DNA of 64,000 nucleotides. Origin: an uncultured Spirochaetota bacterium. Its GTDB lineage: Bacteria > Spirochaetota > UBA4802 > UBA5550. The stretch is taken from contig CAWHAA010000004.1 of assembly GCA_963827275.1 (NCBI GenBank), positions 160,001 through 224,000 on the forward strand. The letters run 5' to 3'. Both the position numbers and the translations under genes were made by a program. Shown in pieces: positions 9,664-19,078 of the stretch. The notes under the pieces were generated by a model that did no database searches, was not told the DNA's origin, and worked only from the letters and a program-made list of their open reading frames with translations. Positions within the stretch are counted from its first letter, which is position 1. Every line of letters starts with the position of its first letter.

Positions 9664-10764
9664 ATGGAAAGCGGCCTTCAACTGCGTGCCGATTGGATCG
9701 GGGAGTTTGCGGATTCGTGCCTTTCTGAAATCGCATCGGCTTCTTCAAAAATTGAGGCGCTCGAACTGGTCGCCAGCCTGGTGTCGCCCAGCATCGACGA
9801 GTACCGCCGCGCAGTCCTTGCGGACCCTGATGAAATATCCCTGAATTTTGTCGATCTCCTCGATCAGGTCGTGTTCGAGCTTGCCGAAAATGACGGCTCC
9901 GATGCCTCGGTGCGGGAATATATCATCGACGACCTCTACGCCCGGCTCAGGGTGTATATTGATGTCTTCATCGGCCGCGAAACATATTCTGCGGGGCTTA
10001 AAAAGAGATACATTACCCGCGAGGACACGATTGTCATACGCCAGTGCGGCATGGATGAATTCATCCCGCTTTTAATGATCGAATATAATGAACAGCCGGC
10101 GTTGCAGCGCCCCATACTGCGCGCGCTCCTTTCTTTTGAACGGGACGAGCTGCTGAATTTTTACTATGATATTGCAAAGGAGTCCGATGCGTCCGAGATC
10201 AGGGCGCTGTCGCTTGTCGGGTTGAAGAAGTTCGGGACGAAGTTCCGGCACTGGCGGCAGCTTGCCTCGGACGACGAGGGGTACCTCCAAATGATTGCCT
10301 GCGCCGAATCATTTGACACCGCATCCGTGGAGGCGAACGGGCTCCCGCGCGATCTTCCGGCGTTCATGTTTGTCCTGCACTATATCGAAAGCCATATCGA
10401 TGCGATGCCGTCCCCTGCCTCCCTTGCCTGGGTGCTGGAGGCGCTCCACTCGCTCCTCCGGATCGGGTACTATAATTCGTCGCTCCCCGCCATATACTCT
10501 TCCGTCTGCCATATCCTCGTGTTCGCCCGAGCGGACGCGCTGCGGCAGGTCCTCCTTGACGACAACCGGGTAAAACAGCTGCTTGAGCTCGTTGACTTCC
10601 TCCCCAGGGAGATGTTTGAGCGCATTGTGCCGAAGCTTGCCCTGATGGGCGATTCTTTCATACACCGCGTGCACGGGATGGTGGGTGCGGGCAAGGTCAA
10701 GTTTGACGAACGGGAATCCAATACCCTGAGCTACATACTCTGGAAGACCGGGAGCGCCCTGTAG
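9664..10764 (+). CDS. Hypothetical all-alpha (HEAT-like) protein
   Basis: 366-aa ORF with protein-like composition and helical L/E-rich pattern; no recognised motif. Confidence 0.7.
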   Translation: MESGLQLRADWIGEFADSCLSEIASASSKIEALELVASLVSPSIDEYRRAVLADPDEISLNFVDLLDQVVFELAENDGSDASVREYIIDDLYARLRVYIDVFIGRETYSAGLKKRYITREDTIVIRQCGMDEFIPLLMIEYNEQPALQRPILRALLSFERDELLNFYYDIAKESDASEIRALSLVGLKKFGTKFRHWRQLASDDEGYLQMIACAESFDTASVEANGLPRDLPAFMFVLHYIESHIDAMPSPASLAWVLEALHSLLRIGYYNSSLPAIYSSVCHILVFARADALRQVLLDDNRVKQLLELVDFLPREMFERIVPKLALMGDSFIHRVHGMVGAGKVKFDERESNTLSYILWKTGSAL

Positions 10765-10792
10765 CGGTCACCGCGCGCAGGAAGGCCCGGGA

Positions 10793-11242
10793 TCAAAAGA
10801 GCTTCCCGCTGTCCAGCAGGATCGTCACCGGCCCGTCATTGACGAGCGAGACGCTCATGTCAGCCCCGAACACGCCGGATTTCGTTTTCGCGTGGAGCGA
10901 CCTGCACCGATCAACGAATGCGCTGAAAACATCACGCGCCTTTACGGGGTCCATGGCGGCGGAATACGACGGGCGCTTCCCCCTCCGCATGTCCCCGTAC
11001 AGGGTAAACTGGGAAATGAGCAGGACCTCTCCGCCGGTATCGGCAACTGAACGGTTCATCACGCCGTCGGCGTCATCGAATATGCGGGCGCCGAGGATCT
11101 TGTTGAGTATGTACTCAATGTCCTGTTCGGTGTCCGTGGCATGCAGCGCGGCGAGGACAAGGATGCCGCTCCCGATGGATGCGACCTCCTTCCCCCCGAC
11201 CCGGACGGAGGCCTCCAGGACCCGCTGGATAACCGCGCGCAT
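10793..11242 (-). CDS. dtd: D-aminoacyl-tRNA deacylase
   Basis: MRAVIQRV, SQFTL, G.RPSY, FGADM.V.L.NDGPVT. Confidence 0.97.
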   Translation of the reverse strand: MRAVIQRVLEASVRVGGKEVASIGSGILVLAALHATDTEQDIEYILNKILGARIFDDADGVMNRSVADTGGEVLLISQFTLYGDMRRGKRPSYSAAMDPVKARDVFSAFVDRCRSLHAKTKSGVFGADMSVSLVNDGPVTILLDSGKLF

Positions 11243-11252
11243 CGGACGGACC

Positions 11253-11570
11253 CTATTTTGCGAGCTTCTGTTTAAGCACCGCTTCCGGCTGCACCCCTAC
11301 CATGCGCTCGACCTCGGCCCCTCCCTTCATGAGGATGAGGGTGGGGATGGACGATATCCCGAATTTCTGCGCGATATCCGGGTTCTCGTCCGTGTTGATT
11401 TTTACGATCGACGCCTGGATCTCCGGGGACTGCGCCAGCTTCTCAAGAATCGGGGTCTGCATTTTGCAGGGGCCGCACCAGGGGGCCCAGAAATCTATCA
11501 AAACCGTCTTATCGGATTTTGTCACCACAGTGTCGAAATTGGAACCGTTGACCTCGATCAGCTTTCCCAT
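11253..11570 (-). CDS. trxA: Thioredoxin
   Basis: FWAPWCGPCK, SIPTL. Confidence 0.96.
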   Translation of the reverse strand: MGKLIEVNGSNFDTVVTKSDKTVLIDFWAPWCGPCKMQTPILEKLAQSPEIQASIVKINTDENPDIAQKFGISSIPTLILMKGGAEVERMVGVQPEAVLKQKLAK

Positions 11571-11773
11571 AGCTGCCTCCGTAGAATTTTCATTTGTTCA
11601 CGCATAGCATTAATATGTCACATCAGTCCACTATTTTTTTGATTATAGATCGTCAAAATTGCCGATACTGGAAATGGCGCGGTATCCGCGGCTCTTCCCG
11701 CCGCCGTAAGGCGGTGAAACGGCGGGAATGCCGCCCCGGGCGTCGCCGGTAATACTATTTTCGAGGTAACACT

Positions 11774-12427
11774 ATGAAGCGGCTGTTTTTTATCATGATT
11801 ATATGCATCTTCGTATCCGCGAACGGGCAGGAAAAGAAAGAGAGCAGGACCATTGCCGCAATCGCCAATGGATATGAGTCCATATCATGGGGCGCGAAGC
11901 TTTCTGACGCGAGGGACAAGATCAAGGGAAAGCTGGTTTTCTCGGATGACAAGAGCGTCATCATTTCAAAGGACGGCGACCTCGAATACTACTATGGCTT
12001 TTTTTATGTCGATCCCGCCCAGGCCGGCGCGTATGAAGCCGCTGAAGCGGCGAAGAAGGACGCGGAGAAAAAAGAAGCCGAAAAGAAGACCACCGGCGCG
12101 GCAGCGGCTGATGCGGAAAAAGTCGATGAGGGAACGCTCTTCTATGTCGCGCTGAAGTTCCCGTATCTCTCCATGGAGGAAGTGAGGAAGAAGATCGAGG
12201 ACAGGTATGGCGCGCCCACGAATGAAAATCTTCACAAGATGCAGGGCGCGGTTGCATGGAACGGGGAGAGCACCATCATCATCATGTGGGTCGATCGGTA
12301 CGAGGAACGGCCCTTTTGCAGAAGGATCACCTACGTTGACAAGAAAATAACCAAAGAGTTGAGCGATTACCAGTTCAAGGTTTTCAACAGGGTTGAGCTT
12401 GCCATTTTGAAGCAACTGGGATTATAG
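11774..12427 (+). CDS. Hypothetical exported protein
   Basis: Signal peptide MKRLFFIMIICIFVSANG; GAGG RBS; A/K/E-rich internal linker. Confidence 0.75.
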   Translation: MKRLFFIMIICIFVSANGQEKKESRTIAAIANGYESISWGAKLSDARDKIKGKLVFSDDKSVIISKDGDLEYYYGFFYVDPAQAGAYEAAEAAKKDAEKKEAEKKTTGAAAADAEKVDEGTLFYVALKFPYLSMEEVRKKIEDRYGAPTNENLHKMQGAVAWNGESTIIIMWVDRYEERPFCRRITYVDKKITKELSDYQFKVFNRVELAILKQLGL

Positions 12428-12454
12428 CGTGGGGCGGTCGTATAAGCTGTTTGA

Positions 12455-12515
12455 ATCCCCCAAAGGGGGACGGTATGAAGCAAAAATCGCTTACAAGCCC
12501 CCCTTCTGGGGGGTG
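12455..12515. repeat. Pair of REP-like G/C-run hairpins
   Basis: TCCCCC-AAA-GGGGGA (~12456-12470) and CCCCCC-TTCT-GGGGGG (~12498-12513) downstream of a stop codon. Confidence 0.45.
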
Positions 12516-12745
12516 CAATAGACATTCAGGTCGGCCCTGTTAAAGATATTCGTTTTTTTGATGCGTGTGCATCCCTTCCGATGTTTCCATTATTAAGAAT
12601 CCTGATAAGACCCTTGTTCCTGCTCTATTAAAAGTAGAGGGATCCATACTTACTGGAAGGAATTTGAGAATTATATAAAAAATTAATAATCTGAAACTTT
12701 ATCTCTTTTTCGAGTGTCCAATTAGTAGAATGAGGAGGAATAATC

Positions 12746-13054
12746 ATGAAAAAGATAGCACATATAACAGGTTTCTTAACCATGCTGCCGGCGCTTGCCA
12801 TGGCACGCCCCTGGAACGGAGGGCCCTGTGATTTTGGCATGCATGGATATTTCGGTTACGGAGGAGGAATTGTCATGTGGGTGCTTACGATAGCGGTCCT
12901 TGGATTTCTGGTCTTTTTTGGCATCAGGATGTATAAAAATCAGCAGGGTGCCGGCGTGGCGGGGGACGACCCCATGAAGGTATTGAAGACCCGGTACGCG
13001 AAAGGCGAAATAACCAGGGAAGAATTTGAGAGCATGAAGAAAGATATTCAGTAG
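12746..13054 (+). CDS. SHOCT-domain membrane protein
   Basis: One TM helix, then LKTRYAKGEITREEFESMKKDI; GAGGAGG RBS. Confidence 0.9.
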   Translation: MKKIAHITGFLTMLPALAMARPWNGGPCDFGMHGYFGYGGGIVMWVLTIAVLGFLVFFGIRMYKNQQGAGVAGDDPMKVLKTRYAKGEITREEFESMKKDIQ

Positions 13055-13091
13055 CAATATCTTCGCTGCTCAGCGGTTATGCTACGGCTGC

Positions 13092-16000
13092 CTAGCAATG
13101 GCTGATGAAGACCGGCACCAGGCCAATTCCATCAGAGAGGGAATCCAGCGCCTTCCCTACAACTGTCCCGATTTTATCCAGGGTATCGATGGTGCCCGGC
13201 ATGCCGCTCCCCGGCGTATCGGAGGTGACCACCAGGTCGCCGGGGCGTACCGGCCCCTTCCGCGCATCGAGCTTGCACAGGACAGTGCCTGCAAGGGCTA
13301 CCGGGTACACCTTCACCTCTTTCCCGCTGTTGTTGATCAGCAGCGCGGGATTGCCCGAAACGACGCCGATGACCGACCGGCTGTATTCGGTCCGCGAGCG
13401 TGATAGTATGGATTTACCCGCATCGCTGACCACGAGGAGGTCGCCCGGCATGACATATTCCGCGTCATCCACCTCAAACAATTCAACAAGGTTCGCGGGG
13501 AATTTTTCCTGGTCGCCCGTCGCGGTGTTCTGTACGATTATTTTTCCGTTAAACACCGATTTCCCGTTCACGAGGAGGGCATCGCCGTTGCCCGCAAGGT
13601 CGACCGAGCCGTCGTAGTGCTTGATCTTCCCGAAACCGTCTGCCACGAGCGAAAAATCATGCTCGCTGGCGAAGACACCCCCGGCGCCGAAGCGTGACAG
13701 GCCTATGACCCCGCACCCCCCGCCCGATTTTTTATCTCCGCCTGATGACTGGCCGCGCACGCCGATATGGGCGCTGTGCCCCAGCACGCCGTATGAATGG
13801 CTCCATCCCGCTGCCGATATTCCCGCGATGCCCGTGACCCCGACAGAGCCTGATTCGGAGGAGTCGTTTTTCGCGTATATGATCGCGGAATCGCCCGGCG
13901 GCGGGGTAATCTGAGAGAACGGCTCGTGCCTGCTGCCGTGAACCGAGATTGTCCCGGCGTGGCTGCTGAAATCATGCGTGACCGGGGCGTAGTCATGGGT
14001 GTGCGGGAGCGGCGTGCGCGCGTCGTCGAGACGGGGGTCGGTTGACTGCACCGCGCATCCGGGTTTTGCTTCGTTGTTCCGGGCCAGGGCCACGATTCCC
14101 GCCGCCGTTTCGGTCGCCGGTTTGAGCCGCCGGTCATTCCCCTGCACCGCGACACCCGGAGCGTCTTCGCCGTCCTCTGCGAGCTCGACGATGCCCTTGG
14201 CTGCGGTGGTGGCGTCCTTGAGGCGCTTGTCGCTGCCCTGGACGGCGACGCCGGCTTTTGTTTCGCCGTCTTCTGCGAGCTCGACGATGCCCTTTGCGGT
14301 GGTGGTGGCGTCCTTGAGTCGCTTGTCGTTGCCCTGGACCGCGACGCCGGCTTTTGTTTCGCCGTCCTCTGCGAGCTCGACGATGCCCTTGGCGGCGGTG
14401 GTGGCGTCCTTGAGGCGCTTGTCGCTGCCCTGGACGGCGACGCCGGCTTTTGTTTCGCCGTCCTCCGCGAGCTCGACGATGCCCTTGGCGGCGGTGGTGG
14501 CGTCCTTGAGGCGCTTGTCGTTGCCCTGCACGACGACGCCGGGGCTTACTTCGCCGTCCTCTGCGAGCTCGACGATGCCCTTTGCGGTGGTGGCGGCGTC
14601 CTTGAGTCGCCTGTCGCTGCCCTGGACGGCGACGCCGGCTTTTGTTTCGCCGTCCTCTGCGAGCTCGACGATGCCCTTGGCGGTGGTGGTGGCGTCCCTG
14701 AGGCGCTTGTCGCTGCCCTGGACGGCGACGCCGGCTTTTGTTTCGCCGTCCTCTGCGAGCTCGACGATGCCCTTTGCGGCGGTGGTGGCGTCCCTGAGGC
14801 GCTTGTCGCTGCCCTGGACGGCGACGCCGGCTTTTGTTTCGCCGTCCTCTGCGAGCTCGACGATGCCCTTTGCGGCGGTGGTGGCGTCCCTGAGGCGCTT
14901 GTCGCTGCCCTGGACGGCGACGCCGGCTTTTATTTCGCCGTCCTCTGCGAGCTCGACGATGCCCTTTGCGGCGGTGGTGGCGTCCCTGAGGCGCTTGTCG
15001 CTGCCCTGGACGGCGACGCCCGGCGCGTCTTCACCGTCCTCTGCGAGCTCGACGATGCCTTTATATACGGTAGCGGCCTCCCGAAGCCGCCGGTCGTTTG
15101 CCTGCACCACGGTGCCCGCGGTGTCCGTTCCGTCCGCGGCGAGCTTGCAGATGCCGAACGACTCAACGGTCGCCTTGTGGAGCCGGGGGTCATTACCGGT
15201 TACGGCGGCGTTCTCCTTGTACATCCCGTCGGGGCAGAGCTTGACGATGCCGAAATTATCGGTGCCTGCCTCCTTGAGGCGTGAATCGTTTCCCTGCACG
15301 GCGACGCCCGGCTTTGTCTCGCGGTTGTGCGCGAGCCGGACAATGCCCGGCTTCAGGTCAGTGGCGGCTTTCAGGCGGGTGTCGGACGCCTGGACGGCGA
15401 GTCCTTTGTCAGTCTCCCCGTCATCGGCCAGGCGGACGATGCCCTTGAAGACCGTGGTCGCGTCGCGGAGACGCCGGTCGTTGCCCTGCACGACGGTGCC
15501 GGGCGAATCGTCGCAGTCTTTGGCGAGGCGGACGATGCCTGCCTGGAAGATGGAGGAGTAGGGGGTCAGGTCGCCGATGTTATGGGTGTGAAAAGGATTG
15601 AAGGGCGCGGCCGATATCTCCAGGTCCGCGATTCTTATTGAATATTTGCCGTCCGTTTGCTTCAGCCCTTTTGTCTCGATGCGGATGAACCGCGCCGGCC
15701 TGATGTCGGTGTTCCAGAAATATTTTTTCGATACCTGCGACTTGAAGTTTTTCTCTTCAAGGAGCGGCAGCCACACGTTGTTGTCAGAGCTGGTCTCGAT
15801 AAAAAAGCTTTCGGGGAAGCCCTGCTGTGCCGACCCGAGTATGATCCGGTTCACGTGGAAGATCTTGCCCATGTCGATAAAGAGGGACTCCTTGGTCGCG
15901 TGTGTTTTCGGCTCCGATTCCCAGAACGAATCCACGCTCTCCGGAAAAAGGTTCTCCGGCCCGCGCGACGGCGACGACGCGCTGCTTGCCCTGATCTCGC

Positions 16001-16451
16001 TGACGCCGGCGATCCCGGTGCGCACGCGCCCGATCTCCGAGAAATATTTTCCCTCGTTCTGCTGCGAGGCGATGATGAGTATCTTCAGGTAGCGCAGGAG
16101 CGTCAGGGGTATGTCGAGCCGGTAGGTGTCGGTGTCGAGCACCAGCTTCCTTTCCAGATGGATGACCATCCAGTTGTCGCCGTCGAGGCTTCCCTCAAAG
16201 CGTATGTCGCGGGGGAAGGTCCTGGCCCCGTTGGGCGATGCCGCCATCTCAATATAGTCGACGGTCACCTCTTTGTGAAAATCAAGGACGATGTACTCGA
16301 CGATGTTTTCGTCGCTCTTCCTGCTGCACCAATGGCCCCCGTCGCGGAGGACATTGAAGACCGAAAAGGACTCATGCTGCTCGCTCGATACGGCGTGTAC
16401 CTTTGACGCGTGGTCCTGCTTGTGGCTGATGTTGATGTATTCCATTACCAT
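13092..16451 (-). CDS. Discoidin (F5/8 type C)-domain fibre protein with 16 tandem 32-aa repeats and a C-terminal chaperone-like domain
   Basis: Two discoidin-like modules (HWCS…YIVLDF…FP…SLDGDNW…RYLKI; FWES…IDMGKIFHVNRI…FPESF…ARFIRI). Repeats GIVELAEDGETKAGVAVQGSDKRLKDATTAAK. C-terminus VIGVVS.NP…VALAG.V..K.DA…GD..V.S…GTVVGKAL. Confidence 0.85.
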   Translation of the reverse strand: MVMEYINISHKQDHASKVHAVSSEQHESFSVFNVLRDGGHWCSRKSDENIVEYIVLDFHKEVTVDYIEMAASPNGARTFPRDIRFEGSLDGDNWMVIHLERKLVLDTDTYRLDIPLTLLRYLKILIIASQQNEGKYFSEIGRVRTGIAGVSEIRASSASSPSRGPENLFPESVDSFWESEPKTHATKESLFIDMGKIFHVNRIILGSAQQGFPESFFIETSSDNNVWLPLLEEKNFKSQVSKKYFWNTDIRPARFIRIETKGLKQTDGKYSIRIADLEISAAPFNPFHTHNIGDLTPYSSIFQAGIVRLAKDCDDSPGTVVQGNDRRLRDATTVFKGIVRLADDGETDKGLAVQASDTRLKAATDLKPGIVRLAHNRETKPGVAVQGNDSRLKEAGTDNFGIVKLCPDGMYKENAAVTGNDPRLHKATVESFGICKLAADGTDTAGTVVQANDRRLREAATVYKGIVELAEDGEDAPGVAVQGSDKRLRDATTAAKGIVELAEDGEIKAGVAVQGSDKRLRDATTAAKGIVELAEDGETKAGVAVQGSDKRLRDATTAAKGIVELAEDGETKAGVAVQGSDKRLRDATTTAKGIVELAEDGETKAGVAVQGSDRRLKDAATTAKGIVELAEDGEVSPGVVVQGNDKRLKDATTAAKGIVELAEDGETKAGVAVQGSDKRLKDATTAAKGIVELAEDGETKAGVAVQGNDKRLKDATTTAKGIVELAEDGETKAGVAVQGSDKRLKDATTAAKGIVELAEDGEDAPGVAVQGNDRRLKPATETAAGIVALARNNEAKPGCAVQSTDPRLDDARTPLPHTHDYAPVTHDFSSHAGTISVHGSRHEPFSQITPPPGDSAIIYAKNDSSESGSVGVTGIAGISAAGWSHSYGVLGHSAHIGVRGQSSGGDKKSGGGCGVIGLSRFGAGGVFASEHDFSLVADGFGKIKHYDGSVDLAGNGDALLVNGKSVFNGKIIVQNTATGDQEKFPANLVELFEVDDAEYVMPGDLLVVSDAGKSILSRSRTEYSRSVIGVVSGNPALLINNSGKEVKVYPVALAGTVLCKLDARKGPVRPGDLVVTSDTPGSGMPGTIDTLDKIGTVVGKALDSLSDGIGLVPVFISHC
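14004..15539 (-). repeat. Coding tandem repeat, 16 x 96 bp; ten near-identical units at ~14100-15059
   Basis: GCGAGCTCGACGATGCC recurs with a 96-bp period; the Gly codons of units 1 and 16 fall at 15539 and 14099. Confidence 0.95.
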
Positions 16452-16677
16452 ACCTGGCTGAAATTATAAAATATGCAGGGGCGGAGCGGGGCTCCCGCAT
16501 CCCCCGCCGGGAGATTCCCGGAAATTCATGAATGATGTTATAGTAAGCTGCAATGGCGGAGAGTCTGTCAAATATTTTATTCTTATCAAAAAATGTACGC
16601 GGCGGCAGGTTCAGGCAGAGGCCATCCCGCTCGCCGGGATAAGCCCCGCCTGTCCATACTCCCGGCGGGCCGCGTAC

Positions 16678-17040
16678 TCAATCCGGGTCATTGTAGCCGC
16701 ACCCTTCGTAGGGCGAGAGGGGCCCTTCCCGGTCAAGGTGCGTTACCTCGTCATAATAGGGAAAGTCGCGGCACATGCGCGGGCGGTACGGGTGGATCGA
16801 ACAGGTCGGCGTGCCCGCCGCGTCGACGGTATAATGGCTGCAGTGGTAGTGATAGGGAAGGTCCTCTTCCTGGTTCTCGTACTTGAATTTCAGCATCGGA
16901 AAGATCAGGTAGATTTCGGAAAAGTCGGGGTCCACCCTGGCGGATTTTTTCCAGAATTCATACGCCGTCCGGAGTAGTTCCGGCGATTCGGCAAGCCGCA
17001 CGTCCTGGCAGCAATAACCCCGCCTTTTGCACTGTCCCAT
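16678..17040 (-). CDS. YkgJ/CxxCxxCC-family cysteine-cluster protein
   Basis: MGQCKRRGYCC (second Cys replaced by Arg), YHC, CSIHPYRPRMCRDFPY, CGY. Start moved to the ATG at 17040, which has AAGGA upstream. Confidence 0.8.
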   Translation of the reverse strand: MGQCKRRGYCCQDVRLAESPELLRTAYEFWKKSARVDPDFSEIYLIFPMLKFKYENQEEDLPYHYHCSHYTVDAAGTPTCSIHPYRPRMCRDFPYYDEVTHLDREGPLSPYEGCGYNDPD

Positions 17041-17189
17041 GTATGTTTTCCTTTTTAAATTAATATCAAATCTGTAAATGCTTGACAAAATATGCAATTA
17101 AATAATTCAAATAAAGGAAGAAATCGGCACCCAGCCGTCGCCCCGGAGCGGGGCATCCAGCGAAAAAATAATAGGGAGTTGAACGATAT

Positions 17190-18677
17190 ATGGACGGATT
17201 TTCCGCAGAAGAGATATTTACCAAGGAAAACGGTTTCGCGTACAATGATTTCATCATACTTCCCGGCTACATCGATTTCGCGCCGGAAGAGGTCATCCTT
17301 GAATCGAGCCTGACCAGGAACATCCGCATCAAGAACCCGCTGGTATCGAGCCCCATGGACACGGTGACCGAATCGAAGATGGCCATCACGCTGGCGCTGC
17401 AGGGCGGCCTCGGCATCATCCATTACAACAACACCATCGAGGAACAGGCCGAACAGGTGCGGAAGGTGAAGCGCTTCGAAAACGGCTTCATCAACGATCC
17501 CATCGTCCTGTCGCCCGGCAACACCCTTGCAGACATCGACGCCATACATGACAAATACGGCTTTTCCGGCATCCCGATCACCGAGGACGGGAAGCTCAAT
17601 TCCCTGCTCCTTGGCATCGTGACCAACCGTGACATCGATTTTGAAACGGACCGGACAAAAAAGCTCGGCGAGGTCATGACCACGGACCTCGTCACGGCGA
17701 AAAAGGGGATCACCCTGGACCAGGCGAACCAGATCCTGAAGAACTCGAAGAAGGGGAAGCTCCCCATCGTTGATGACCGCGGCAGGCTCATCGCGCTCAT
17801 GTCGCGGAAAGACCTGCTGAAGAACAGGGAATACCCGCTGGCCTCGAAGGACCCGCGGAAGCAGCTGATGGTCGGCGCGGCCCTCTCGACCCGGGAAGAG
17901 TCGCGCGAACGGCTCGCCGCGCTCGTGGAGGCGGGCGTTGACATCGTCGTGGTGGACGCGGCGCAGGGCAATTCGGTCTACGAAGTGGAGATGATAAAAT
18001 ACATCAAGAAAAAATATCCCCATATAGAGGTCGTGGGCGGCAACGTGGTCACCGAGGAACAGTGCGAGGTCCTGATCAAGGCGGGGGCCGATGCGCTGCG
18101 GATCGGCATGGGCCCCGGCTCCATCTGCACCACCCAGACCACCATGGCGGTCGGGCGCGCGCAGGCCACCGCCGTATTCCGCACCGCGCGGTACGCGCGC
18201 CGGCATTCTGTCCCGGTGATCGCGGACGGCGGCATCTCGACCATCGGCCATATCGCCAAGGCGCTTTCGCTGGGCGCGTCGATGGTGATGATGGGCTCGA
18301 TGTTCGCGGGGACGAACGAGGCGCCGGGCGAATACTTCTACGAGAACGGCGTGCGGCTCAAGAAATACCGGGGCATGGCGTCGCAGGAGGCGCTGGAGGC
18401 CGGCGGCGCCAAGCGCTATTTTGCAGAGGACTCGAAGATAAAGGTCGTGCAGGGCGTTTCAGGAGCGGTCATGGACAAGGGCTCCATGTTCGAATACGTA
18501 CCCTACCTCATCCAGGGGCTCAAGCACTCCCTCCAGGACATGGGGTGCAGGGAGATCTCCACGCTGCATGAGAAGCTCCATTCCGGGAAGCTCCGGTTCG
18601 AGCTGCGGTCGCCGTCCGCGCAGCTCGAGGGCGGCGTGCACGACATGTATTCCTACAAGGAGCCGAAGTACATGTAG
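17190..18677 (+). CDS. guaB: IMP dehydrogenase (eukaryote-like clade) with CBS pair
   Basis: SSPMDTVTE, catalytic [27 protein letters not shown]. Confidence 0.98.
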   Translation: MDGFSAEEIFTKENGFAYNDFIILPGYIDFAPEEVILESSLTRNIRIKNPLVSSPMDTVTESKMAITLALQGGLGIIHYNNTIEEQAEQVRKVKRFENGFINDPIVLSPGNTLADIDAIHDKYGFSGIPITEDGKLNSLLLGIVTNRDIDFETDRTKKLGEVMTTDLVTAKKGITLDQANQILKNSKKGKLPIVDDRGRLIALMSRKDLLKNREYPLASKDPRKQLMVGAALSTREESRERLAALVEAGVDIVVVDAAQGNSVYEVEMIKYIKKKYPHIEVVGGNVVTEEQCEVLIKAGADALRIGMGPGSICTTQTTMAVGRAQATAVFRTARYARRHSVPVIADGGISTIGHIAKALSLGASMVMMGSMFAGTNEAPGEYFYENGVRLKKYRGMASQEALEAGGAKRYFAEDSKIKVVQGVSGAVMDKGSMFEYVPYLIQGLKHSLQDMGCREISTLHEKLHSGKLRFELRSPSAQLEGGVHDMYSYKEPKYM

Positions 18678-18727
18678 AAGGCGCGGTCACCCGACCGCGC
18701 CCCCGCCCCCCGGCGTGCGTGTGTCAA

Positions 18728-19038
18728 GGGGCTGAACTCCCCCCTGTCCCCCACAGGGGGCACGAATGAAGGAGCTGAAAACCCCCCTGTCCCCCGAAGG
18801 GGGCACGAATGAGAGGGGCTGATTGTAAAGGAATATGATGAATACCGTGACGGTTTTATGAAAAGTCTGGGAATCAGAACATTAAGGTGCCATAATGAAG
18901 AAGTCATGAAAGATCTCGATTTAGTTATTGATAGGATCAAGAAAGAGTTATTAGTATAAGCATGATGAATCATGCCCCCAACGGGGGACAGGGGGGCGGT
19001 TGGCATGACCCCTCGTGCCCCCTACGGGGGCCAGGGGG
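18728..19038. repeat. Cluster of four REP-like palindromic repeats (two direct, two inverted) around a DUF559 remnant
   Basis: Core CCCCCTG(T/G)CCCCC-N3-GGGGGCA(C/T)GA at ~18739-18767 and ~18782-18810 (+), and at ~18969-18996 and ~19013-19038 (-). Confidence 0.85.
18822..18959 (+). pseudogene. C-terminal fragment of a DUF559/Vsr-like endonuclease
   Basis: Manual translation IVKEYDEYRDGFMKSLGIRTLRCHNEEVMKDLDLVIDRIKKELLV* matches the YD..RD..L...G...LR..N.EV…V...I tail of DUF559. Upstream in-frame TGA at 18810; AT-rich relative to flanks. Confidence 0.75.
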
Positions 19039-19078
19039 ATGTATAGCGGGTGATAGCTTGCTGAAAGGACATCTCTAA

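Noticed and set aside
14004..15539. Regularly spaced repeats as a CRISPR array
   Set aside because: The 96-bp period is in frame within a protein, the intervening sequence is also repeated, and no cas genes are present.
13999..15561. 520-aa + strand ORF
   Set aside because: Antisense shadow of the repeat region of the fibre gene.
17055..18251. 398-aa - strand ORF and many similar overlapping ORFs
   Set aside because: GC-rich antisense shadows of recognisable genes such as guaB; no motifs.
18728..19038. Palindromic repeats as a mini-CRISPR
   Set aside because: Mixed orientation, no unique spacers of uniform length, and a dispersed solo copy; fits REP-like elements.
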